A stretch of 64,000 nt of DNA from Toensbergia leucococca (taxonomy: Eukaryota), in the NCBI GenBank assembly GCA_022813965.1, contig JALDZS010000084.1, positions 1 to 64,000 of the forward strand, written 5' to 3'. The stretch's first letter is position 1; every line of letters starts with the position of its first letter. The translations under genes and the position numbers were made by a program. Under the pieces are notes generated by a model. That model was given only the letters and a program-made list of their open reading frames with translations. It was not told the origin of the DNA and did not search any database. Shown here in pieces: positions 25,968 through 37,900 of the stretch.

Positions 25968-26949
25968 TTAATGCTTTTCGTACTCTTCCGCCCATACAGA
26001 ATCAAACACGTTCTTGTCAATCGCGAAATCTCTGATGAAATCCCGTTCCATATCATGTGTTCTCCTTCCCAGCAAAACCAAGCTATGCAGAGGAGACCCT
26101 AGATCTACCTTGCTCATCTGCTCCAGCGTCCCAACAGCAATCTTCTGATCGTTTGCCCCTACCCTTGCAACTCCAACTGCCAGACTACGGGTCCTGCAAA
26201 CCCCTTCGCCTTTTTCTTCCTCGATCTCCATCATTTGACATGCACACTGTGCAACTGTCATGAACCTGGGTGGTTCGTAAATTTTTCGACCCCTGGCAAG
26301 ATTCTCTAGCGACTGCTCCTTTACTTTGATATCTAGGAGGATGAGAGTGTGCAATCCAATCTGCCGGTTCTCCTTGAGTCGATCATAGAACGACGAGGGT
26401 TTCCATGTGTCCGTGAAATATACCATGCTCACTGTCTGACCAAAATTATAGAGCTGAAGGCCACTGACGCCTATCGCAGACATGATGGAAGCATTAGGAA
26501 TACTTTGAACAGGAATTTTCAGCTCTCGCGCTCGTAACACTAGGTCAGTGTGTGTTGTAGCCCTGCTCGACATGAGCATGAGATCTTTCTTCCCAGAAGC
26601 ATCTGCACCATTGGATTTTGTACCCAAATGGATCCCCTACTACCAGGAAGGCCACATCAGACGTGTTGGCACCGGCAAGTATTTCATCACTTGAAGATTC
26701 GACCATCTCACGGTCTGCCAAAACAACGGAGCGCCCATAGTATGCTTCCTACTGTGAAGGTGATGTAAGCATATACTTTCAGATCGCGATTTTTGCAAGG
26801 TCTTAGGACCTCACCAGCTTTTCTTTGTCGACAAGTAAAATACTGGTATATGCTTCAAGGTAGACTCTTGCTGCTCTTTTCACAACTCTTAATCCTTTGA
26901 CAGTAATGTCGGTCTCGTCTGCCAGACCAAGGCCAACCAGAAAAAGCAT
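25968..26949 (-). CDS. DPH5: Diphthine methyl ester synthase
   Basis: [20 protein letters not shown]...[45 protein letters not shown]; two introns. Confidence 0.96.
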
Positions 26950-27289
26950 TTTTTTGCTCTTTCACTGTGTAGCAACGTTCACGCACTGCAGTGTTCAGGT
27001 AAAAGTTATGTCCGGTATTATGTCCGGTATCATTGTAATGTGATATATAGCCAAACAACATGCGCTCGAACCCTAGAATAGTTAAATCCCCTGGGTGACC
27101 ATGAAGATATCATGATTATGAGGTGATAAAGCAATTTGGATATTCACAACTTAGTCAGCCTTGTTAAATATCTTAATGACTACATAAGACATTTGACTAA
27201 CTCTTACTGCCTTATAATGCATGATAAAGCACTACAAGTTATGTGGGTAGGATTCTCAGTTCTCAAAGTGCAGTGTACCTATTTTGGAT

Positions 27290-27403
27290 AAACCCCCCTT
27301 TGCGACTGCTAGGCGAAAAAGTATGGCAAGCTAGCTAAATCGCGTTAATCTTCCCCTAGCAGTCGCAAATGGGAGTCGATCGCAAGCGGGGCTATCACGA
27401 GTA
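27290..27403. mobile_element. Isolated TIR-like end with inverted repeat in the DPH5/SPT3 divergent promoter
   Basis: Perfect 15-bp inverted repeat TTTGCGACTGCTAGG (27299-27313) / CCTAGCAGTCGCAAA (27355-27369). The end GGGCTATCACGAG-TA resembles the TIR end GGGTTATCACGAG of the 35.4-36.6 kb element. Confidence 0.5.
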
Positions 27404-27626
27404 CGCTAGAGTAAATGCTATTATTATCAAGAAATAAAACCCATGTTTATTCATCATAACCATTCTTTCTTTCTGCTCTTCAAAATTGTGCGGAGTACTT
27501 TTAAGCCCTTTTCCTGAATCCCACACATTTTAGACTCGTAGGGGAGTATTTGGACAGAGTGATCCTCTAGCCCACCAACCCGATATTACATTTGTTTGCT
27601 TTGGGAAGAAGTGATTGAACCTTGTA

Positions 27627-29189
27627 ATGGCGGAAAAACTCAACAAGTACCGGTTGGAGATCCAGCAGGTAAGGAATCACTCTCTTGCACCCTCCTTGGC
27701 GAGTCGCCGTGAGCAAGTGATACTCTCCGTGGTAAAATAATGGTTCTTTTGACACTTCTTGGTGCCAAAGTTGATTTCTGGACATTTTATCTCTACGATT
27801 ATTTGAGCATAGTATCAGGCTTCCTTAATGACTCGTCGATGACTGTTGGCTTATTGTAAATTCGTACTAAAATTTCCCGCTCGTTGCTTCTGTCGTATTA
27901 CCCGGCGTGTTCCCAGTCTCAATCTATTACGGAAGTAAGCCCTGTTCACGACTTTACCTTTGACATCAAAGACCAAGCTTCTCGGGACATTTCAGCTTCT
28001 TATTCGTATAACACCCCCCACTCCCTCCTCCTCTCCCTCGCCCCCCCAGTTTCATGGCGACTTTCCACAGGTCTGATGATTACCTCACGGAGGATGTTGT
28101 TGAGGAGTCTGAGGAGACTATGAAGGAGTGGAAAGCTGAACTAACAGCGGACATTGAACAGATGATGTTCGTTTCGGGAGAGACTGCTGAAGTGTCATTC
28201 ACAACCACTGGCATTATCGAAGAGATTGTTCGTGAGCAAGTCGTGGAGATGGTTAGTACTCATCCTCCGTTCTCCGACTACAACCTGCTCAGACATTACT
28301 TTAGCTAAAACGAGCCACTGCTTCGGCCGCTCGACGCGGATCTCGTTCAATTCACATGAATGATCTTTTCTTCTTGATTCGACACGACAAAGCTAAACTC
28401 TCCCGCCTTCTTACTTTTCTTTCTTGGAAGGATGTTCGTAAGACCGCAAAGGAATCCGAAGACAAAGGAGGTGACGCAGCTGATTTGGGGGCCGCGGACG
28501 ACTCTCTTGGTGGCGCAGAGGGCGGAAGCGCAGGTCCTGTGGTTGGTGATACTGCGAAGAAAAATAAGAAAAAGATCACGCTGCCGTGGGGCATTGAGAG
28601 TTTCTTCAGCGAGCAGGTCCCGGACCGCGAGGACGACGAGGACGAGGATGAAGAGGAGATGAATGCTGCAACATTGCAGCGTCTAAAGCATGCAGATGAA
28701 CGAACCAAGGATATGACGAAAGACGAATACGTTCATTGGAGCGATTGCCGTCAAGCCTCATTTACATTTCGCAAGGGCAAAAGGTTCAGAGAATGGGCCG
28801 GATTTGGCGTTGTGACCGACAGTAAACCTAACGATGACATCGTTGATATCTTGGGCTACCTGACATTTGAGATTGTTCAGACCATGACAGAAGAGGCGCT
28901 CAAGGTGAAAGCGGAGGAGGAATTGAATAAGACTCGGAATGTCGATGCTGATGTCCAAACCAAAAAGCGCAAGAGAGAGACTGGCTTATTCGATCCACCA
29001 GAGGAGGGTAGGACACCGGTCGGCCCGAAGCATATCCAAGAAGCCTTTAGAAGATTACAGCAGAGGGGTATTCCAGGAAGAGTAAAGGTTAACTTGGGTG
29101 GACCAAGGGCTCTACAGCGAACCGAGTTGAAACTGGTAGGTCCAGGACCGTATCTGGGGTGAATATGTGCTAATTGTCTCAAGATTTGA
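27627..29189 (+). CDS. SPT3: SAGA complex subunit Spt3
   Basis: [60 protein letters not shown]; 493-nt first intron 27669-28161. Confidence 0.95.
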
Positions 29190-29420
29190 GATCTCGTGGC
29201 TGCATTTGCAAAGTAGACAATCATGATACCCACAAGGAGTTGGTACTTATGGGGTGGCCCTGGAAGCTTATGAAGGATTGCCACCGTAGCATAGCATCCC
29301 AGGCCAGGTTGCAATCGAGCTTTTTGATATAGACAGACAATTTCCTTTGTAAGTTCCAGTACCAAGAACCTTGTACTTAGAAGTTCTCAACTCCAAGGAC
29401 GCCATGCATAACCCACTTTC

Positions 29421-30047
29421 TTAGCAGATAATTCCATTCCCCTCCACCTCTTCGGTCTTCACACCTATCCCTCCTTCGGTCTTTCTCCTCTTCTCGTTTC
29501 TCTTCCTTCTCCTCTCTTCCCTCTCCCTCTCATCCTCTCCCATCCTAACCTCCAACCTCTTTCCCAACTCTACTACTTCTCCCTCCTTCTCCTCCTCCCT
29601 CCTCCTCTTCAGCCAGTCCAGCCTCTCCCTCACCTCCTCCAACGTCGCTCTCCTCACCTCTCCGCTCTGCCCCGTATTCACGAGATGCTGCCTTGAATTC
29701 AAATGGTCCACAAATTGTAGATTGTCCTTGAACGTCAAATCACACTCAGCACAGTAGAACCCCGCCCCACGCCCTCGCTTTCCGGTCGCAGCACCGGCAG
29801 GCACGAGCATTGTCTTGCCGACATTGGCAGAGACATCGAGGCGGGCGGTGCGGGATGAAGAGTCTTTGGCGTCTGGTGGGGTGGAGGCGCGGGGGATGTA
29901 TTTCCGGCCGGAGAGTTTTGCTTCGTGGCGTTCACGGCCTTCGATTTTGATCTTGTCTTCCCGGATGGAGGCTTTGGCGGCATACTCTGCTCGGTCCCAG
30001 GTCTTGCGGAAGGAGGTGTCGGAAGTTCCGGCTGTAGTTTTGGACAT
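29421..30047 (-). CDS. SNU23: U4/U6.U5 tri-snRNP zinc-finger protein Snu23/ZMAT2
   Basis: FRKTWDRAEY, GFYCAECDLTFKDNLQFVDHLNSRQH matrin-type finger. Confidence 0.9.
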   Translation of the reverse strand: MSKTTAGTSDTSFRKTWDRAEYAAKASIREDKIKIEGRERHEAKLSGRKYIPRASTPPDAKDSSSRTARLDVSANVGKTMLVPAGAATGKRGRGAGFYCAECDLTFKDNLQFVDHLNSRQHLVNTGQSGEVRRATLEEVRERLDWLKRRREEEKEGEVVELGKRLEVRMGEDEREREERRRKRNEKRRKTEGGIGVKTEEVEGNGIIC

Positions 30048-31704
30048 GGTGAGAGGGTTGATAGATTGAAGCTTAGCAGTGGATGGGAGTTCGTCTTTTA
30101 GAGGCAGCAAGGTAGCAAGGCGAAGGCTCTACTTTTCATTCTTGGTGGTTTGCTACTTCCAATTCCTAGAGAACGGTGGTTCTGGGCCAGAGTTATTCTT
30201 TGGAGGGGTGAAAATGTGAATGGAATGGTAATTTGATTTATCTAGTGCCGTAATAATACAAAAAATATGACAAGGAATATAACAGTATTTATCGAAATAT
30301 TCTTGCGTTGTGCAAAGTGTTTTTCCCGGTTCGTAATGTCCCCGTTTTGAGTCTTGACTCCCTACCCTGAAAGCTCATTACCTTCTTGGGATGGTCGTTG
30401 AAGGTGATGTGGTTTTGTTGAGATTAAAATGCTCCTTCTCTTACTCAACAATGATTATTGATGTCTCTTCGTCTACAAGTCAAGGAACTCTCCTTGATCT
30501 ACTCATAACATGTCGAGAACATAGCATGAGACAAGTTACTATATCAAACCATTTTATACTTCCTATCCTTTCCATTCCGCTCCGTTCTCCTTCTTTTTGG
30601 TCCTGAATCATCCTGCTTGCCTGGCTCTCTGGCCTCTTTGTCAAGCCTACCACTAGGTGACCCTTCATCTCTCTTGTCACAGCCCCGCACGAGCATCTTG
30701 ATTCCGTAATGGAGAGAAAAGAGCATATTCGATCCATCGAGCAGAAATAAAGCTAAAAGAGGGCTGTATCGGCTCTTGTTTATTGAGCTTCAAGGATTAG
30801 GCTGTGACTGCCATGGCTGTTCTCGGTAAAGCATAGTCTGCTCAGCTTCATTCGTGAATGGCTTTCCAGGTCCTAGATAATCCATCTCCTATGGGGCACT
30901 CTCAAAGGGACTCCATAGCCATAGATTTGTCGATGCATCTATCATCTCTGCTCATTGGCCACGAAACAGATTTGGATTTGAAGAATAGACGTGAATGACG
31001 TTCAGCATCCAGATTTGCAGGATTCTCGATAGCCCAAGATCCTTCCAATTCCTAAAAGTGATCGTATCACTCAGCTGAGGTGCATTCCAAATAGCAGATG
31101 AGAATGAAGAAATGCAAACATAGGGCAACAGATCGCGTACCCCGCAAATTGCACTGGATAACGTGCGCGCGTATCTGATCTTCGTTTGCCTTTCAAGATC
31201 CATGTCGACCACATATTCCCTTACCACTACGAGTTTAGCTCTGTGAAACGGAGAATTAGTCGAGGAGGCTGTGTGTACAGCAATTTCAGATGCGGACTTT
31301 CGATTGGTCAATTGGAATATTGTAAGTAGCATATGCCAAGACCTAATTTCCAAATTGCGGAGGCGGCTCGGATCCAACTCCCCCAGACCTGCCTCCTTTA
31401 CTCCGTATTCCTTTTCCTTTTCCTTCTCCTTGTCGCCGTGGACTATTTTCTCGTTGTCGCTGCAGCTTTACGTTCTTTACTACCTCTGACCACAGTCACT
31501 CTTTTGCTCTGTCATTTCTGCTTCTTGAAATTCGCGCCGACTTCTCGTGGTTTATTTTTCACCTGCTTCCTTACACCCTACAGATTGGCACAAAGTGATT
31601 ATTTGGGCATTGCATCGGTACCGTGAAGACAGTCCCAAGGCCCCTAGGAAGATAACAAAGGGGATCGGCGAAGCTTTGGCCGTAAGCAAACCTGGTGATA
31701 TCAA

Positions 31705-33416
31705 ATGAAGGTCAATCAATTCGGGTTGGCCGTCAGCGCGGTGCTAGCATTCAACCTATCAACCGTATACGCCAAGCATAGCAATGTACATCTCAATGCC
31801 CTAGAGCGGCGGCATCAGCACCACAGGGATCAGCATGTATCTAGAGCAGAAAATGGGCAATCAATTGAGTTGGGTGTCGTCGATAAGGAGAAACGAGGAG
31901 GACAATGCCAGTTTCCTTATGATGCTGGATTGGTTGCTGTCACTCCAGGCTCCTCAAACGCCGGATGGGCCATGAGTCCAGATCAGCCTTGCACCCCTGG
32001 GAACTACTGCCCATATGCGTGTCCATCTGGACAGGTCATGTCGCAATGGGATCCAGAGGCTACCTCGTATACTTATCCTCAATCAATGGTGGGTCATGAT
32101 GATCTGGAATATCCTTGACGAATACTGATCAGCCTACAGAACGGTGGCGCTTACTGTGATAGTAACGGCAACATAAATAAACCATACCCAGATCAGCCCT
32201 GGTGTGTGGACGGGATAGGCAATATAGGATGCATCAACCAAGCTAGCGGTAACGTCGCCTTCTGTCAGACCGTGCTACCTGGAAACGAGGCCATGTTGAT
32301 TCCCACGAACATCGAGACTTTCGCTCAACTAGCTGTCCCAGGTCCAAGCTATTGGTGCGGGACCGCTGCGCAGTAAGTCCGCTCTTACGCCTGTCGTAGC
32401 AAGTCACTGACCATTGGTGTAGCTTCTATATCAATCCGCCTGGAGTTTCCACCGAAGAAGCTTGCGTCTGGGGATCCAGCTCGAGCCCTCTGGGCAATTG
32501 GAGTCCATACGTTGCAGGCGCTAACATGGATCACACCGGAAACACCTTCGTCAAATTGGGATGGAATCCTATATATCTCCAGCCGGGCACGCCATTCCAA
32601 AATAATATGCCTACGTGGGGAGTTGAGATCGTGTGCGAAGGGGAGGGCTGCAACGGCCTCCCATGCGCCATCGACCCGTCTCAGAACCAGGTCAATGAGA
32701 TGGTTGGCAGCAATACTGATGGTGCGGGAGGGGCAGCCTTCTGCGTTGTGACAGTACCTCAAGGGGTGACTGCCAATTTTGTCGTCTTCGAAGGCGGAAT
32801 GAGCGGAGCAGGAAGCAGCTCTGGAGGGAGTTCCTCTGCGGTCCCCAGTACATCTGCCAGCTCGACGTATTCTGCTGCCCTCAGTAGCTCGTCACAACCA
32901 ACTAGTAGCTCATCGCCTCCAAGCTCGACCCCAGTACCATCCGTCGCTAGTCCAAGCAGCGCGCTCCCCACCTCATCAACGTCAACATCGTCTTCGCAGC
33001 TCGAGTCCTCTAGCTATAGCTCGTCTTCCTCCTGGAGCAGCTCCACAGCCTCCGTGGAGACGTATTTGTCTACCTCCTCGTCCTCCAATTCCACAAGCTC
33101 TGATACAGTCAGCTCTGCCTCGGCAACCATCTTCGAATACTCTGGCTCCGCCTCCTATGCCAATTTGAAGCTCGCCACCTCTCAACCCGTCAGCAACTAT
33201 GACGCGCCCCACGTGTTCCTGCAAAACAGCACCGCGACTTCCATCTCCGCTGTGCCATCCCCTCCCTCCAACGTAAGCATCACCCAAGGCACCATAATTG
33301 CCTCACCTACACCCACAGCTACGAGCACATTCACCGGAGCCGGAGCCAAAATCCACGCCACCATCCTGGGACTTTGCATGAGCGCACTCGCCGCGTTGGC
33401 TGCAGGGGCGCTGTAA
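31705..33416 (+). CDS. Secreted SUN-family (GH132-like) beta-glucosidase/glucanase with Ser/Thr-rich tail and probable GPI signal
   Basis: Signal peptide, KR site, CQFP...NAGWAMSPDQPC..G.YCPYACPSGQ, FCQTVLPGNEAMLIPT, GNWSPYVAGAN; two introns. Confidence 0.88.
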
Positions 33417-34296
33417 GATGGCTTCTCTAGCCTCTTACTTACGACTTTGACTCGTTCAATGTTTTCTCTTACCTTACGCTGTCGTTTCGACCCTCCTGGA
33501 TTTGCTCACCATGTTATTACTTGATTTTTTGTCATCAACCCTCATATATCTAATTCCTAAATGGCCGGCCTTCAATTAATTACCTATTTTATCTCTTACA
33601 TAAACCCCCCCCCTTTTTCTGCGATTTTCCTGCTGAGCATGATGGAGCAGCTGGTTTGTTGGATACCTTTCTCCTTTTCTGTACATTTAATTGTTGGACC
33701 GGTGTTCTTTGGCGAGCGGAATGGCGGAAAAATGATTGTACTATATGTGTTTTGAGGGTGGCTGGTTGTGTTTTCCCCGCAAAGGTTGGGTCTGTAAGAG
33801 AAGAGGTTCTTATGTGTATGGATGGATGGATGAAAGGGGGGAAGTTGGCCTGGGCAGAGTGAGCTGATAGGATACCTTGTTTATTGTATAATGTATGTAT
33901 CAACTGAATGTTGTTTCGCCGAGTGGCTGGAAGCGAATGTTGAGGAAAAGGCTGCTCTCATGTTGATTTGCGTGAAGGTGAATAATAGGCAACCTCCTTA
34001 TTGGCAACTGGTGCACAAAAACCCCAGTCTCTACCTTGAATATCACATATATTAAACACCTACTCATTAAGTCAGAAGCAAATTATTTTGAGTCTTTCAC
34101 TCACTTCACATTCAGTCAGTGAGCATTTTACTCACCTCATCAGTTTCTAAACCTTTTCAAAGTTTAATCTCATATTTGATAACACTGCAATCATTTTCTA
34201 TAGTTATATATTATATTCTTCATAAAAAATCAGTGTATCATTCACTGAATTACCAACAGCCAGCATTAAGCCTCTCCAACCATATCCCAAACGACA

Positions 34297-34728
34297 ATGA
34301 GCCCCCCTCCAGCCTACACGGAAACATCGGTCGTACCCAGCAAGACAAATCGCTCTACTGGTGCTTCTAGACTCGCATACGAAGTCACTCAAGGCACATG
34401 CTCCCGGACCGAGTACGACACGCTGACATTCTCCTGCATGATCGTCTGCGAACGCCGTTCGACGCACTTTGTTGTCACCGCCGACGATGATTATTTCACA
34501 CTTCTCAACGATCTAAAAATTCACTTTGCCAACAACAGCATTATAGACCTAGAGGTCAACGTGAGAGGGTGTTACCAACTACACAATTTGATATACGCGA
34601 GGGAAAATATCATGTGTTCAGAAAATGTTGAGGCTTTGTTGAAATTTTTGAAGCAGAGGGTTGGCCTGGCTTACATTCGGGCCCATGCGGGTACCACTCC
34701 ACCCAAGAAGTTGACTCCAATGCGCTAA
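34297..34728 (+). CDS. Hypothetical 143-aa protein with N-terminal PPAY motif
   Basis: ATG-initiated intronless ORF after an AT-rich promoter-like stretch; no family recognised. Confidence 0.4.
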   Translation: MSPPPAYTETSVVPSKTNRSTGASRLAYEVTQGTCSRTEYDTLTFSCMIVCERRSTHFVVTADDDYFTLLNDLKIHFANNSIIDLEVNVRGCYQLHNLIYARENIMCSENVEALLKFLKQRVGLAYIRAHAGTTPPKKLTPMR

Positions 34729-35408
34729 ACATGCAAAGGCGAGAGGGAGAAACGGTTTGACAAGAAAATTCCAAGAAAACATTGTCCAGCACGCTCCTCA
34801 GGGCTCATTTTCCTTTTTTTTTAGGCATGACAACGTGCAGCAGGGGAGGATTCAGAAGGTGCATTCAAGACTCTGGACTTGGATAGGGTATGTTAGAACG
34901 TAATATGTAAATAGAAAGAGCATGGCAGAAGATCCTGGGTTTAACGCCAGACAAGAAACGAAAAGAAAGAAGAGGAGATTTGCCTATTCTAGCCATGATA
35001 TTTCTCTCACAGTATCAGGAAAACCATGGCACCTAACAGCCTATTTTTTTCAAATACTGTGTGTCTTCAATCAGTCCAACGAGATAGTGACTCCCTTTAT
35101 TTTGAACTCTTTCCCAGCCATTGCAACATTCTCTGTAGAATGTCATCCATCCATCTTGCATCTCTGAAATGGCACTGGCCATGCTCCAGACGAACTTCAG
35201 AGGAATTGTAGAGCCTATGTCAGCTCGCACAACATATCATCGTAGCACAAGCCAATGACAAAACCCTCAATCACTGTGCATTTGTAAAGAACGACAAATG
35301 GACACAGACACTCAATCTATTTTGTCTATCATTATCAGTGGTAGAATAAGGTCGGGCCGCCGCGACCACTCGAAATGCGCAGGCCACATCAGCTACCCGG
35401 CGAACATA

Positions 35409-36573
35409 CTCGTGATAACCCATCGATGCGGCAAACTTAACTCTGCGGCACGCTAACCTGATCAGGAACACTAGTCTTTTTTTTCCTCTTACCACGTCCT
35501 CATTTTCTTCCTTTTCATCAACATCTCATCATCAGTAGTCATGACGGCTCAGTACATCTTTATGTGACTATCTATCTATTTCTTAACAACACATACTAAT
35601 CATATAGACCCCCTCAACAAATTTCCCATCGATAATCAGCCCCTATAAGTCAATGATAACATCATCTTCAAACTTTGACTAAGCAACACAACTACCATTT
35701 CTGTTACTGGCGTGGCGATGATTATTGATACTACAAGTACTTTTGTTGACTGAGTAAATCGTGAGTCAGAAAAGGATATGCTGAAGCAACGGCTTCAAAA
35801 TGAAAATGGGGGTGTTGTTATTCATGAAATGATCATCAACAGGAGGGATTTCTATTGAAATCAAGGAGGAGGATATTGCTCCTGAGGAGAGGTTTCTATC
35901 TTATTCTAAGACCTGTATATATGATGGCTAGGATGCATAGGAAAATGCGACGATTTCATCTACAATTCTCCTCTACCTACTCCATAATACCCACCTAGTT
36001 CAAATTATCATGCTAATGGCGATGGTGCCTAGGGAAACGCGACATTTTCACCTACATTTTCACCTACAATTCTTCTCTACCTACTCAATTGATTCCATGC
36101 CCACCTAGTTTGAATTACCATGCTAATGGCGATGGTGCCTAGGGAAACGCGACATTTTCACCTACAATTCCACCTACAATTCTTCTCTATCTACTCAATT
36201 TCATATCATCTGATTCAAACACTTGGATTAGCATAGGGATAATGCAACAAGTTCTCATACAATCTACCTGTTGAGACTGAGTTGTTTCACTAATCCGTCA
36301 TTGTAACGTGGAAGGAATTAAGTCATACATCTTAGCAAGTAGTGTAACAGAGGTCTTTTCATAGGCTGCAATAGCTGTATGATATCCGCTGATAGCAAGA
36401 TCTAATCATACCTCTTTAGGTACCTCTTTTTCAGCCTTTGAGGCCTTTGAAGGCATGATGAATCGATGATGTTGGTGAGAGGAAAGACGAGAAAAAAAAA
36501 TTAGATTTTAGTGTTCCTGATCGGGTTAGCGTGCCGCAAAGTTAAGTTTGCCGCATCGATGGGTTATCACGAG
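35409..36573. mobile_element. Non-autonomous TIR element (MITE-like), ~1.17 kb
   Basis: 65-bp terminal inverted repeats (35409-35473 and 36509-36573) with 2 mismatches. Left flank TA, right flank CA. AT-rich non-coding interior. Confidence 0.8.
35938..36205. repeat. ~95-110-bp tandem repeat, about 2.5 copies
   Basis: CATGCTAATGGCGATGGTGCCTAGGGAAACGCGACATTTTCACCTACA occurs at ~36009 and ~36119, with a degenerate copy at ~35938. Confidence 0.85.
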
Positions 36574-36661
36574 CATCTAGATCAGCACCCCCGAAGCTCC
36601 AATCTTCAATCCCCCATCCTCCACGCTCCCACATACAAACACCTTTTCCCGTCCGCCAAAG

Positions 36662-37502
36662 ATGGTCCTCTCATTTATTCTAATCCAAAACCGGCAGTAC
36701 GCACCTCCCCACCTACACCATGGCCCCAATCCGCCCCGCAACTAACACCCCTCCCCAAAAACAACAGAGGCAAAACCCGCCTAGCAAAGTGGTACGCCCC
36801 CTACAGCGTACGCCCGTCCCCACTTTCCCCTTTCCCTCTCCAAAACCCCCTAAACTAACCACCTCTCCCTACCCAGGACGAAGAAAAAATAAAACTAAAA
36901 GGCGAAGTAAACAAACCCCCCATCACACTCCCCACCCCCTCCCCCCCCCCGCAAATTAAAAAACCCTCCAACCAACACATGCCCCACAACAAGGTCCATC
37001 GCCTCATCGCCCCCCGAGACCAAAAGCACCAATCCAACTTCGTCGAATTCCGCGCCCTCAAAATCGTCTACCGCCGCTACGCGGGCCTCTTCTTCTGCGT
37101 CTGCGTCGACGCCAACGACAACGAACTGGCCTATTTGGAGGCCATACATTTTTTCGTGGAGGTGCTGGATGCGTTTTTTGGGAACGTGTGCGAGTTGGAT
37201 CTTGTGTTTAATTTTTACAAGGTTTGTTTCTTTGTTTTCCTTTTGTTTTTTGTTTTTGTTTTTTGGTGGGAGGGGGGGGGAACGGGGTGGTTGGGTGGGG
37301 GAGAAGGTTGGAAGGGGGGTTGGGGTATTCGGGGTATGGCGGGGGGGGGAAGAAGAGGTGTGGGATTAGGAAATGGAGCTGATTTGAGGATGATGAGTAG
37401 GTGTATGCCATTTTAGACGAGGTGTTTTTGGCGGGGGAGATCGAGGAGACGAGTAAGCAGGTTGTGTTGTCGCGGCTGGAGCTGCTGGATAAGTTGGAGT
37501 GA
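36662..37502 (+). CDS. APS2: AP-2 adaptor complex sigma subunit (5 exons)
   Basis: Spliced protein [55 protein letters not shown]...YRRYAGLFF...[31 protein letters not shown]. Confidence 0.96.
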
Positions 37503-37900
37503 GGCTTTGGGTTCTGGAGCAAGAAGGGAGTTTGGCGTTGCGGTGGATGGGCACTGGAGTTGCGCTCGGGGGGAAGACTAGAGGTTTGTGGATGTTCGGG
37601 ATTTATTCGAGGGTGGCGCATGGGATATTTTGGCGTTCTATCTGGGTTAGGCTTATTGGACTGCTCTTTGCGGCTATCTCAATGGCAGTGGCAACGACCA
37701 GTACAGGGCGGGTTGGATGGTAGTGCCAGCATTGCATATAGCCAAAGAAGTATCGCAGATAGGGTTTCGCGTAGATAAGACGTCCGAACGCGAAGCAGTA
37801 TAGCGAAACATTTCTCGAGCCTTTTAAACTTTAAGCAGGTAAAAGTACAACTTCAGGCACCGATCGATTGAGCCTTGTTCGCGTCATCCACTCCATCTCC

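Noticed and set aside
28070..28115. Possible box C (TGATGA) / box D (CTGA) snoRNA in the SPT3 intron
   Set aside because: Only ~40 nt between boxes, with no recognisable rRNA guide or clear terminal stem.
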